From positions 1,746 through 65,745 of the forward strand of contig JAUILH010000003.1 of NCBI GenBank assembly GCA_030433115.1: a DNA stretch of 64,000 bases. Direction: 5' to 3'. Positions 10,360 through 19,809 of this stretch are shown here, in pieces. The notes beneath the pieces were generated by a model. That model was not told the origin of the DNA, searched no databases, and worked only from the letters and a program-made list of their open reading frames with translations. The stretch comes from Bacteroidia bacterium (GTDB taxonomy: Bacteria > Bacteroidota > Bacteroidia > Flavobacteriales_D > JAUILH01). Position 1 is the first letter of the stretch. Every line of letters begins with the position of its first letter. The position numbers were made by a program, and so were the translations under genes.

Positions 10360-12393
10360 TTACTTAGCCACTGTCATTTTCTTAGTTAATCTTTCATCGT
10401 TAGAGTTCAACACAACAGTATACATTCCGTTGGCCAACTCACTAGTATTGATATTGATAGTAGATCTACCTGCACCAAACCCAGTGTAAGTATCATGGCT
10501 TACCAACTGACCAAACTGGTTGTAAATGCTCACCATAACGTCTGATCCATTGTTCAAATGAAAAGCAATTGTTGCATTGTCCTGAACCGGATTAGGGTAA
10601 ATCTTGGCAGTCAATAATTGCGTGTTATCATTATTCACACCTGTTACCAATGACGCTATGGTAGATTGATACACCTCAAAAGTGTTCTCATCCTGAACCC
10701 AAACAACTACACCTAAATCAGAGAATTCTTCAACCGAGTGCTCAATCGCATGGTTAATGGCATCACTTGCATTAGAAGGTAATCGGTAGTTCCCCTGGAA
10801 GGTATAAGTCTGTGAAGCTGTTTGCTGAACACCAGACTGTAATTGACTGATTGGATCACCATCTTCGTCCGGCAACATTTTTTTCATCACATGAGCAAAC
10901 TCAGTCTCACCGTTAGAACCAGTGTTATTGAAAGTTTCGTATTCAATTACTGCCATGTGAACCACCAGGTCTGTACTTGGCAAAGTTTCAACAGGATCGA
11001 TATCAACATCTACGTTAATAGTCTGGTTGTTGATTGAATACGTAGCAGTCAAATCAACAAAAGCAGGTACAGCATAAAAATCATCGAATAATTGTTGAGT
11101 CATGCTAGAGGCATTGTTATCCCAACCACCATCAACTTCCAATCTTGGAATAGAGTTGATGCCATAGTATTGTCTTCTATTGGTACTCTCATCAGTACAG
11201 TATGGATCTCCAGTACCTGGGAAGCTCGACTGATACTTCACAGAAGTGTATTTTCCAGCATTACCAGAAGTAGCAAAAATGCCTTCAAGGTTCATATTTC
11301 CAGCTACACATGGTCCACACGTAGAACTTGTAAATGTTTCGTACAAAGGAATTCTTTGTGTGAAGTTATTGAAGACCTCTACTGGTCCACTTGCAACATC
11401 ATTGCTTGTATTCGCATCAGTATTTCCATTAATATTGGACGCCCAAACTTCAACAGTATAACTACCCGTTGCGGTTGCGTTCCAAGGTGTTCCGTGCGTG
11501 AAAGTATACGTATCAAATGGTGCCACATTTAAACCTGTTACATTCTGAGTAACTGTTGCGCCTCCATTTACAGAGTAATTAAGATCCATTGAGTTGATGT
11601 TGGCAGAACCAAGATTCATTAACTCACCCTCAATATCAAATGGTGCGTTGGCAATCAATTGATACTGACCTGTTGTCATTGCAACACCAGCCACATCCTC
11701 AGTTGGCTGAGTTCCATATATAAAAGTGTAGTAGAAGTTGTCTACTGCTGTAGGATCCGTATCGGACTGGGTATCCACATTTGGAGAGCCTGCCACTGAA
11801 ATAGCAGTAGATCCGTTGATTTGGATTCCAATAGACTTACTTACCGAGCAAGCATTTCTCATGTCCACTACGTGGATATTGTCAGTACCTTCTTCCAAAA
11901 CAATGGCCCAATATGCCCAACAGCTTGTACTGCTTGGATTAGAAATAGAGGTCCAAAAAATCCAGTGTTGCTGACTTCCCGCACTTCCGAAAGTTTTTGT
12001 CAGTACCTCATCGTTACTTCCTGTCATTTGGAAATCACCCCATGCACACACAGAGTTATCCGGAATAGATGCATCTGGTAATGCAGCAGATGCTACAGCT
12101 GGAGCAGCTCCAGGAGAACTACTAAACGTTAACACACCTGTAGAAGATATAGAGTAAGATGTTACAGGTGCACCATTAAAATTAAACGTAAACGGAATAG
12201 TTTGTGAGCTCGACCATGTTGGAGAAGCACTTGTAGTCAAGATTGATGTCCAACCAGCGCTAGCGCCAGGATATTCATCATCCATGTTTAAGCCTCCAGG
12301 GTTTCCAGGCGACACGCTCGGCAAGTAATAATACTGGCTAAAGCCCATCAAACCAAGGGATAATCCTATCGCAAGGGTAAAAATTTTCTTCAT
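10360..12393 (-). CDS. T9SS type A cargo with CARDB-like and Omp28-related thioredoxin-like (CxxC) domains
   Basis: Signal peptide; YETFTSSTCGPC, YYGINSIP, HVMKKMLP and VVVWVQD (Omp28-like); C-terminal IYPNP...LANGMYTVVL...KKMTV. Confidence 0.85.
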   Translation of the reverse strand: MKKIFTLAIGLSLGLMGFSQYYYLPSVSPGNPGGLNMDDEYPGASAGWTSILTTSASPTWSSSQTIPFTFNFNGAPVTSYSISSTGVLTFSSSPGAAPAVASAALPDASIPDNSVCAWGDFQMTGSNDEVLTKTFGSAGSQQHWIFWTSISNPSSTSCWAYWAIVLEEGTDNIHVVDMRNACSVSKSIGIQINGSTAISVAGSPNVDTQSDTDPTAVDNFYYTFIYGTQPTEDVAGVAMTTGQYQLIANAPFDIEGELMNLGSANINSMDLNYSVNGGATVTQNVTGLNVAPFDTYTFTHGTPWNATATGSYTVEVWASNINGNTDANTSNDVASGPVEVFNNFTQRIPLYETFTSSTCGPCVAGNMNLEGIFATSGNAGKYTSVKYQSSFPGTGDPYCTDESTNRRQYYGINSIPRLEVDGGWDNNASSMTQQLFDDFYAVPAFVDLTATYSINNQTINVDVDIDPVETLPSTDLVVHMAVIEYETFNNTGSNGETEFAHVMKKMLPDEDGDPISQLQSGVQQTASQTYTFQGNYRLPSNASDAINHAIEHSVEEFSDLGVVVWVQDENTFEVYQSTIASLVTGVNNDNTQLLTAKIYPNPVQDNATIAFHLNNGSDVMVSIYNQFGQLVSHDTYTGFGAGRSTININTSELANGMYTVVLNSNDERLTKKMTVAK

Positions 12394-12558
12394 AGTTCTT
12401 TTCTTTATTGTTGAGATTTAAGTCTAAAATAGGTTTTTCAGACCTGAAAACAGAAACCTTTTTAATCAAAGTATTGGTTTCTTAACAGAGGGTGTTAAGA
12501 TTTCAACCTTTTGTTTTGGTTACCTTTTGAGCATATCTACATAAAAAGGAAAAACCTT

Positions 12559-13317
12559 ATGAAAACGATCTTGTCCTTTATTGTTTTGATCTTGTCGACT
12601 GGTTCATCCAAATCACAGTTAGATGAATTATCTCGGAATTCCGGAGTCAGCACAAGTTCTACTAAATATAAACTGGTTAAAGCTGATGTTTTTGATGTGA
12701 CCTTGCAAATTCAGGCTTACACTAGTTGCTCATCTCCCAACTTTCCGAGCCAGTTAATCACCATTGATAGTGCGATACAACAAGCTGCTGCATTTCTGGA
12801 AGACAATGGTGTTGAGCCTTCCAATCAGTTTATTAATTACATGTCGTACACCGGGGTTTCGCAGAAGAAATTCGGCTATGCCACAGTAGATCAGTGGGGC
12901 AACCCTATAAACCAGATTTCACAATCATTCATTGAGATTTCCTTTACTTTAAAAGATGTGAAAGATTTATTTGCGCTACGATATCGACTTGAACATGCTG
13001 AATGGCTTAAAAATTTTTCAGCAAAAGGAAGGGTCTCCGAGGAGAAAAAACGTGAGATGAAAGACAGATTGATGGAGGAATGCGTTGAAGATAACTACCA
13101 GACTGCGCGAGCATTATGTAAAGCACAAAATAGGAAACTGGGTAAAGTGGAAAGCTCCAGTATTTATAACTATGATCAGTATACCTACCCTCAGCCGACA
13201 GCTGTCAATCGGAACGTCTACAATACCAACCTAAATGCTCCAAGGTTTCAACTTACACTGGAAAAAACGAAAATCAGCTACACCGTGAGTACAACATATC
13301 GTTTTAAGAATGAATAA
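12559..13317 (+). CDS. SIMPL (DUF541)-like exported protein
   Basis: Signal peptide from ATG 12559; VKADVFDVTL, A..L.KA...KLGKV and terminal ISYTVSTTY resemble the SIMPL fold. Confidence 0.6.
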   Translation: MKTILSFIVLILSTGSSKSQLDELSRNSGVSTSSTKYKLVKADVFDVTLQIQAYTSCSSPNFPSQLITIDSAIQQAAAFLEDNGVEPSNQFINYMSYTGVSQKKFGYATVDQWGNPINQISQSFIEISFTLKDVKDLFALRYRLEHAEWLKNFSAKGRVSEEKKREMKDRLMEECVEDNYQTARALCKAQNRKLGKVESSSIYNYDQYTYPQPTAVNRNVYNTNLNAPRFQLTLEKTKISYTVSTTYRFKNE

Positions 13318-13350
13318 AACGGGATGGCTCTGTAAAAACCATCCCGCTTT
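13316..13350. terminator. Bidirectional terminator between convergent genes
   Basis: CGGGATGG...CCATCCCG stem flanked by A and T runs. Confidence 0.7.
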
Positions 13351-13352
13351 CC

Positions 13353-14417
13353 TTATTTTTTATCGAGAGCACCACTGTCCACAAGCACCTGAAAAGCGTC
13401 ATGCATGGTCTCTTGCAAAGGTCTGTAATTGGCGTTTAACGATTGGATGCTTTTAGAGTTATCCGCTTTCCACTCATGATTCACGTTATTGCTCACAAAT
13501 CGTCTGGTGAGGGTTTTGTCCAGCATTGGCCCCAATAACCAAACTAACCATTTGGGAGCAGCTTTCTTTGGAAGCGGGTAATCCTGTCCGAACTTTTCGT
13601 TCAGAATCATGGCCATTTCATAGAAATTGGTATTGTGTCCACTGGCAATATGTCTGCCTTCTGCGTTTGGTGTAAAACCAGCATTGAAATGAATGTCAGC
13701 CAAATCTCTGACGTCAACCACACCAACCCCTAATTTTGGAGCTCCCGATTTAAATGTGCCATCCCCCATTTGTTTCAAAATGTTGAAACTTTCAGAGGTG
13801 GTTGCACCAGGGTTTAGAAATGGACCCAAAACAAAGCTCGGGTTTATTGTGATCAAATCCCATCTATCCTGCGCGCTAACAATTTTCCAGGCTTCTTTTT
13901 CCGCCACAGTTTTCGAGTAATAATAAGGCTGGTAGCTCAAAGATGAAGTTGTATTCCAAACTTCTTCAGTTAGTTGACCACCGGGCAAATTGGCACATTC
14001 AGACGCATCCGTGTAGATAGCTGCACAACTACTGGTGAGTACCACACGCTTTACAGAAGGCGTTTGATTGGCTTGTTCCAACACATTCTTGGTGCCGTTT
14101 AGTGCAGGATCTATCAATTGCTTCTGTGGATCATCCACATTAGAAATAAAGGGAGAGGCGGTGTGAAACACCAATTCGCAATCCTTCATAGCTTCTGCAT
14201 ATGACCCATCCTGCATAAGGTCAGCTTTAAAATACTTGATACTTCCCGAGGATTCAGATGCAATTCGATCCAAATGTTGTGTTTTTTCTTTTTTATCTGG
14301 GTTTCTAACTGCTGCATGGACAGTAAATCCTTCTTCAAGAAGTTTTTTTACCAACCATCCTGCCACATAACCTGTAGCGCCGCTTACCATTACTGGTTTT
14401 GATTTATCTATTGTCAT
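13353..14417 (-). CDS. NAD-dependent epimerase/dehydratase (aldehyde reductase/dihydroflavonol reductase-like SDR)
   Basis: VSGATGYVAGW, FHTASPF, VVLTSS, YYYSKTVAEKEAW (YxxxK), VDVRD. Confidence 0.92.
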   Translation of the reverse strand: MTIDKSKPVMVSGATGYVAGWLVKKLLEEGFTVHAAVRNPDKKEKTQHLDRIASESSGSIKYFKADLMQDGSYAEAMKDCELVFHTASPFISNVDDPQKQLIDPALNGTKNVLEQANQTPSVKRVVLTSSCAAIYTDASECANLPGGQLTEEVWNTTSSLSYQPYYYSKTVAEKEAWKIVSAQDRWDLITINPSFVLGPFLNPGATTSESFNILKQMGDGTFKSGAPKLGVGVVDVRDLADIHFNAGFTPNAEGRHIASGHNTNFYEMAMILNEKFGQDYPLPKKAAPKWLVWLLGPMLDKTLTRRFVSNNVNHEWKADNSKSIQSLNANYRPLQETMHDAFQVLVDSGALDKK

Positions 14418-14427
14418 AATTGTATGA

Positions 14428-14955
14428 TTAATCGAGTTTATATTGTTTTAATAATCTGTTTTTTACTTGAGTTTTCATGTCATAGCTTTCAGTCAAAAGT
14501 GCCCTTGTAGCCACACCATCCAACACAATGAGAAGCAGTTCAGCCTCAAGCTCAGGTGCTTCATATCCCAAATCATTAAAGGCCTTTGACGACAAGCTCA
14601 GCATTTGTTCAGTAATATTTTCGAGATGTGTTCGTCTTTGCCATTTGAGTGTATAAATGAGGCGCCAGAAATCGTATTCTGATTCATCAATTGAAAAGGG
14701 CAGTTCTATGATTTGTCTGAGGATGTCTTTAGGTTGAGATTCATTGGCGATCTTGGCATAAAATGCCGCAACGCGTTCTCCTCCATATTCCAGGATGGCT
14801 TTTAAAAGACCGTCTTTGCTTCCAAAATGTCTAAAAATAAGTCCTTCGGACACACCGGCGGTCTTTGCAATTTTACTGGTTGGAGTGGCATCAACCCCAT
14901 CTTCAGCGAATAACTGAAGGGCCGCATGAATGATTTGAAGTTGTCTTTCTGTCAT
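14428..14955 (-). CDS. TetR/AcrR family transcriptional regulator
   Basis: IIHAALQLFAEDG...IAKTAGVSEGLIFRHFGSKDGL HTH. Confidence 0.95.
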   Translation of the reverse strand: MTERQLQIIHAALQLFAEDGVDATPTSKIAKTAGVSEGLIFRHFGSKDGLLKAILEYGGERVAAFYAKIANESQPKDILRQIIELPFSIDESEYDFWRLIYTLKWQRRTHLENITEQMLSLSSKAFNDLGYEAPELEAELLLIVLDGVATRALLTESYDMKTQVKNRLLKQYKLD

Positions 14956-14959
14956 AAAA

Positions 14960-15005
14960 GTGAGTAATCACTCACAAATGTAACGCAAAAAATTCATTCA
15001 ACAAA
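14960..15005 (-). promoter_or_regulatory. Bacteroidota primary-sigma promoter (-33 TTTG / -7 TACATTTG) overlapping a TetR-type operator
   Basis: Minus strand: TTTG (15002-15005), 19-nt spacer, TACATTTG (14975-14982). Palindrome GTGAGT-aatc-ACTCAC at 14960-14975. Confidence 0.8.
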
Positions 15006-15040
15006 TTTTTTACTAAAATCAATTGGTTTTAGAGTATCTA

Positions 15041-15688
15041 CTATTTCTTCGGGTGCCGCTGAATTTCCTCTCTTCTGAATGTTTTGGAACGATGATCTTC
15101 CAATTCATACCGTGGTTCTATTATTATCCCAACTATGGGAATTTGATCCTGTTCCATGACAAAATCATGTATTACAGTCTTGTCAGATGTCACCTTAATG
15201 TCGGCCTTCTTGAGTTCATTATACCCGATATACTTTACCAGAATTTCATAATCTCCGGGGGCGACATTGAACACATATCTCCCATCCAGGTCTGTTTGGG
15301 TGGCTGCCTTTTGTACACCATTTTGCGTCAAGTATACCACAGCAAATGGAATTAGTTCTCCAGAATCAGCATCTTTCACAGTCCCTCGAACCTGTCCCAC
15401 GGCAGTTTGCTTTTTGTAGACAGCAACATCACTGTTTGGCAAGCTACGGCAGTTTGAAGCATTGACAAACAAGCCACTTCCAAATACAAAAAACAATATG
15501 GCTGCAAACCGGGCCAAAAAGGTCTGGTAACTCATTCCTGTAGAATTGTCTACCCCACAATGGACCGCTTCATTTCTCTTTTGAGCATAGACCTTCTTAA
15601 GACAGAGTTCGCAAAACCGACTCTCTTTTGATTCACCTTCAAGGTTTTCCCAGTTCTTTTCAGGGCAAGGATATGTAACTTCAGACAT
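15041..15688 (-). CDS. Membrane protein with an N-terminal Cys-rich motif and a carboxypeptidase-regulatory-like (CarboxypepD_reg) domain
   Basis: PCPEKNW...FCELCLKKV...HCG, then a hydrophobic segment, then VRGTVKDADSGELIPFAVV...TDLDGRY...YIGY. Confidence 0.8.
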   Translation of the reverse strand: MSEVTYPCPEKNWENLEGESKESRFCELCLKKVYAQKRNEAVHCGVDNSTGMSYQTFLARFAAILFFVFGSGLFVNASNCRSLPNSDVAVYKKQTAVGQVRGTVKDADSGELIPFAVVYLTQNGVQKAATQTDLDGRYVFNVAPGDYEILVKYIGYNELKKADIKVTSDKTVIHDFVMEQDQIPIVGIIIEPRYELEDHRSKTFRREEIQRHPKK

Positions 15689-15735
15689 CTTGACGATTTA
15701 CTTAAAGGATGCTATTTTCATAGTCATTCCACAAA

Positions 15736-17262
15736 TCAATCCTTTCGAATGATGAGTTGTTTCATGATCCAACCTTTATCCGTTGCGATTTGAAGTATAT
15801 AACTCCCGTTACTCAACTCTTGAATATTCAAAATTCTATGGTTTAACTGAGCTGACTCAAGGAGTCTTCCAATAGCATCATACACCTGAACCTGATTGAT
15901 CACTCCGTCATAATTGATCTGAAGCTGTCCTGTGTGATTCGGGTTTGGGAACATGGTCACCAGCTTATTAAGTTCAAGCTCTTCTATTCCAACTCCTGTA
16001 ACGGCGTAACATGCGGACGTATCGGCACAAAAACCATCATCCACCACTACTGCATAGTTGCCGTTTGCGGTCGCCATATAACTTTGGGCATTGGCACCAC
16101 TGATGGGTAAAAGACCATTGTCACAATCGAGCCACTGGTAACTGGCACCTGAAGTATTTGCTGTAAGCGTAACCCCACTTACCATAACACTTGTATCAAC
16201 TGTGTTGATTGTTAAATCCAATGTTACAACACTGTCGCACCCAACAGAATTAACCAAAGTATGCGTGGCTGTATTATTGGACGTGTTGTAGGTATTGCCA
16301 TCAATCCAAACCAAAGAGTCACAGACCACCTGAACATCAGTTGCGGTAGTTGGTCCATTCACCTGAAGTACTAAAGTGTCTGTAATTAAACACTCAGTAT
16401 CCCATCCATGGCTGATACTGCGGACAATGTTATAATTTCCTGCAATCGTGTAGATATGACAAACACTGTCTCCCGTTGAAACATTTCCATCACCCCAATC
16501 GGTGGAAATGGTAGGATAAAGTACGTCTTCGTCATACATTTTATGTACCAAAACAGAATCTGTTGAATCTAATTGCACACAAACATTCGACCCGGCACAA
16601 ATGGTATCCATAGACAGGGTATTTTGAAAAGACGTATAAGAGACGATTGGTTCTAACAAATAATCGTAATTCCAGCCATTGGGAGGACTTCCGGAGGTAA
16701 ATGCCGGATCCGTTGTTTGATTATACCACCGAACGTATGATGCCCCTGTCTGGTCATCAAAATACACTGCACTCAGTGCTTCTAAGTTGCCATCCTCTCC
16801 GGAAAAACTATTTCTGGTAATCCCAACCGGCTCTGTAGTGCCCGAGCCATCAAATGCCACATAAAAATCGCTGCTTACCGTCACCGGTGCAGGGAACGTG
16901 ACGCATCTTCTAAAATCGGTATAAGGTACCCCTGAACCAAGCGGAATCACATCCCCTACCGTTGCCAATGCAGTTCCCGGAAGATCGGTGACACCATCTA
17001 CATCATATAAGTGAACTTGTACCTGAGCGGGCGAACTCCCAGATGTAGCAGTATAAGCGTAATAACAAACGCCGTGCACATCTATGGTAGTGGGGGCTTC
17101 AAAACGTTGAGCTACCTGCACATAAAGATCGGCTTGAGAACAAGCCTGTGCTTCTGCAACACTGGTTTTTGAAACCGCGTATTTGAGCGTGTCTGTACAA
17201 GTATGTTGGGCATGAGACTGAAAACCAGTCACCAACAAAAGGCATGGTAGAATTTTTTTCAT
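15736..17262 (-). CDS. T9SS type A cargo protein with a PKD-like domain
   Basis: Signal peptide; DWGDG...HIYTIAGNY (PKD-like); GCDSVVTLDLTI; YQWLDC; C-terminal MFPNP...LSNGSYIL...KQLII. Confidence 0.88.
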   Translation of the reverse strand: MKKILPCLLLVTGFQSHAQHTCTDTLKYAVSKTSVAEAQACSQADLYVQVAQRFEAPTTIDVHGVCYYAYTATSGSSPAQVQVHLYDVDGVTDLPGTALATVGDVIPLGSGVPYTDFRRCVTFPAPVTVSSDFYVAFDGSGTTEPVGITRNSFSGEDGNLEALSAVYFDDQTGASYVRWYNQTTDPAFTSGSPPNGWNYDYLLEPIVSYTSFQNTLSMDTICAGSNVCVQLDSTDSVLVHKMYDEDVLYPTISTDWGDGNVSTGDSVCHIYTIAGNYNIVRSISHGWDTECLITDTLVLQVNGPTTATDVQVVCDSLVWIDGNTYNTSNNTATHTLVNSVGCDSVVTLDLTINTVDTSVMVSGVTLTANTSGASYQWLDCDNGLLPISGANAQSYMATANGNYAVVVDDGFCADTSACYAVTGVGIEELELNKLVTMFPNPNHTGQLQINYDGVINQVQVYDAIGRLLESAQLNHRILNIQELSNGSYILQIATDKGWIMKQLIIRKD

Positions 17263-17314
17263 AGGACCAAGGTTGTAATGGATTTTGAAACTAAATATAG
17301 AAAATCCCCTTTAA

Positions 17315-18283
17315 TCAGTACCCCACTTTGGTTCGAACACGTTGAATCACCTGTTGAGCAACTTCTCTCGCTTTATCAGCACCCTTACTCAAAGCCTCAT
17401 CTAAGATCGATTTATTCTCCATCAAATGGTTGTATCGCTCTCTTTGAGCACCAAATTTATCCAACATCAGTTCGTACAAAGCCTGTTTGGCATGACCGTA
17501 TCCATAACCGCCTGCTTCATAATTGTTTCTCATCTCAGCAGTCTGGCTGTCATCTGCTAAAAGACGGTAAAGTGCAAACACATTACACGTGTCAGGATTT
17601 TTAGGATCTTCAAGAGGTGTACTATCAGTTTCAATGCTCATAATTTGCTTTCGCAACTTCTTTTCCGGGAGAAAAATATTGATGAAATTGTTTCTGGACT
17701 TGCTCATCTTTTCTCCATCGGTTCCGGGAATGAGCATGGTTGATTCGTTGTGCTTCACTTCAGGAATCACAAAAATATCGCCCAATTCATTGTTCATTCT
17801 TCTCGCCACATCTTGTGTAAACTCCAAATGTTGTTTTTGATCTTTTCCAACAGGCACATAATTGGCATCATACAACAAAATGTCCGCGGCCATTAAAACA
17901 GGATAGGTGAACAAACCTGCATTAACATCCTGAAGCCTATCTGATTTGTCTTTAAAAGAGTGCGCCAAATTCAAACGAGAAAAGGGAAAGTAGCAACTCA
18001 AATACCACGTTAACTCGGTACATTCCACCACATCACTTTGTCTGTAAAAAACTGTTTTTTCCGGATTCAGGCCAAATGCCAACCAGGTAGCGGCTACACT
18101 GTATGTGCTCTCTCTCAATTCTTCTCCATTTTTGATTTGAGTAAGCGAATGCATATCTGCAATGAACAAAAAAGAGTCATTATCGGGAGATTCAGACATA
18201 TTTATTGCAGGAATAATTGCGCCTAAGATATTTCCTAAATGGGGCGTCCCTGTACTCTGAATGCCGGTGAGAATTCGTGCCAT
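17315..18283 (-). CDS. trpS: Tryptophan--tRNA ligase
   Basis: LTGIQSTGTPHLGN (HIGH-like), YPVLMAADIL, VPVGKDQKQH, KMSKS. Confidence 0.98.
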   Translation of the reverse strand: MARILTGIQSTGTPHLGNILGAIIPAINMSESPDNDSFLFIADMHSLTQIKNGEELRESTYSVAATWLAFGLNPEKTVFYRQSDVVECTELTWYLSCYFPFSRLNLAHSFKDKSDRLQDVNAGLFTYPVLMAADILLYDANYVPVGKDQKQHLEFTQDVARRMNNELGDIFVIPEVKHNESTMLIPGTDGEKMSKSRNNFINIFLPEKKLRKQIMSIETDSTPLEDPKNPDTCNVFALYRLLADDSQTAEMRNNYEAGGYGYGHAKQALYELMLDKFGAQRERYNHLMENKSILDEALSKGADKAREVAQQVIQRVRTKVGY

Positions 18284-18392
18284 GTGTTAAAATTTGCGGC
18301 TAAAGTTACAAGTTTCTCGGAATGTTTGAGATTCAAAAAATGACCTTGATTCTATTTAGATAAGATGTGTAAATTTGGACAAAACTCGAATT

Positions 18393-19076
18393 ATGCATAT
18401 CGATAAACAGGTCTTTACTTTCCTTCAAAAAATCAAGAAGAATAATAACCGTGAGTGGTTTACGGAGAACAAATCTGAGTATGAAAAGGCGCATCAAAGT
18501 ATGATTGTCTTTGCAGATGATCTGTTAACTGAAATGGAAAAATTTGATGACATTGAAACCGTATCTGGCAAAAAAAGCCTGATGAGAATCTACAAGGATA
18601 TTCGATTCTCAAAAGACAAAACACCTTACAAAACGCATTGGGGTGGTGGGTTTAAACGCGCCACTGCTGCCAGAAGGGGAGGTTTCTATTACCATATCGA
18701 GCCAGGAAATTCATTTGTTGGAGGAGGTTTTTGGGGGCCGAATAAGGACGACCTCCACTTGATTAGACAACAAATTGAATTGAATGCAGACCCTTTAAGA
18801 AAAGTCATTAATTCCAAAGCCTTCAAATCTAGTTTTGGTGAATTGAAAGGTGAGCAACTCAAAACGGCTCCAAAGGGATTTGACAAAGAACACGCCGATA
18901 TTGATTTGTTGCGTTATAAGCAATTCCTGATCAGCACAAAGTTGGACGATAAGGACTTGATGAGCGATCAAGGATCAAAAATAGTGGCCAAACATTTCAA
19001 AGCCATGTTACCATTCTTTGATGTAATGTCTGAGTATTTGACGACTAACCTAAATGGTGAGTCAACCATAGATTAA
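18393..19076 (+). CDS. DUF2461 family protein
   Basis: NNNREWF, RIYKDIRFSKDKTPYK, LKTAPKGF. ATG at 18393 lies downstream of TAAATTTG (18370-18377). Confidence 0.92.
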   Translation: MHIDKQVFTFLQKIKKNNNREWFTENKSEYEKAHQSMIVFADDLLTEMEKFDDIETVSGKKSLMRIYKDIRFSKDKTPYKTHWGGGFKRATAARRGGFYYHIEPGNSFVGGGFWGPNKDDLHLIRQQIELNADPLRKVINSKAFKSSFGELKGEQLKTAPKGFDKEHADIDLLRYKQFLISTKLDDKDLMSDQGSKIVAKHFKAMLPFFDVMSEYLTTNLNGESTID

Positions 19077-19571
19077 TTACCAGGTATACCTAATCGAAAA
19101 AGCCGCTCCGTAGCCAATTCCATTATAAGCACTTAGAAATCCCCACATTGGACGAATGTCAAAACTCATTTGAATGGGGGCGCCCAATTCGTTGAAATCA
19201 TATTCAATTCCTAATTGACCACCAAGACTGATGGTTGCACCATTGTTTTCAGAGTAGATTTTGTCGGAATACAAACCCACTTGTCCGCCCAAACCTGCGT
19301 ACCAGTTAAAACCGTCTTCAATATTCCAAACCCACTGATAAATCCCTGTAACTCCAAGGTGACTGTAACGGCTGTTATTTCTATTGTATCCTCGCCACCC
19401 CAGGTCCAACTCCAAACGATTGGCATCTCCTAGTCCGTGCTGGTATGACAGCTCACCTCCGGAACCATAATTTCCTGCACCACCTCTAATCCCAAGAGCA
19501 TGCGAATTCACCTGAGCCCTCATCTGACCCAAGCATAAAATCACCAACAAACTTGTTAAAAATCCTTTCAT
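19077..19571 (-). CDS. Small outer-membrane beta-barrel protein
   Basis: Signal peptide; alternating strands (RLELDLG, FNWYAGLG, LGIEYDF, SFDIRP); terminal aromatic IRYTW. Confidence 0.8.
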   Translation of the reverse strand: MKGFLTSLLVILCLGQMRAQVNSHALGIRGGAGNYGSGGELSYQHGLGDANRLELDLGWRGYNRNNSRYSHLGVTGIYQWVWNIEDGFNWYAGLGGQVGLYSDKIYSENNGATISLGGQLGIEYDFNELGAPIQMSFDIRPMWGFLSAYNGIGYGAAFSIRYTW

Positions 19572-19622
19572 ACTAATTATTATAGGTACTGTCCTAGAAT
19601 TTGGTTGTTGTAGTGCTTGATA

Positions 19623-19714
19623 GTCATTTCGACCAGCGCGGAGAAATCTCCACTACATAAGGACCAGAGATTTAGCTCCACTGATTTTCAATTCTCGACT
19701 TAGCTCGAAATGAC
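19623..19714. repeat. REP/MITE-like palindromic element
   Basis: 10-bp terminal inverted repeats GTCATTTCGA...TCGAAATGAC with inner GAGAAATCTC / GAGATTT...TTCTC arms; intergenic. Confidence 0.7.
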
Positions 19715-19809
19715 CTTGTTAAGCAACCAAATTCTAGGACAGCGCTTTATCATAAAGACAAAGTTAGTATTATTTCCAGCTCGTTTCGATTGCATATATT
19801 TGCGCGCGC

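Noticed and set aside
15041-15688. Pseudogene of a TonB-dependent receptor
   Set aside because: It ends in a double stop, is followed directly by the tetR promoter with no barrel-coding remnant, and has a distinct Cys-rich N-terminus.
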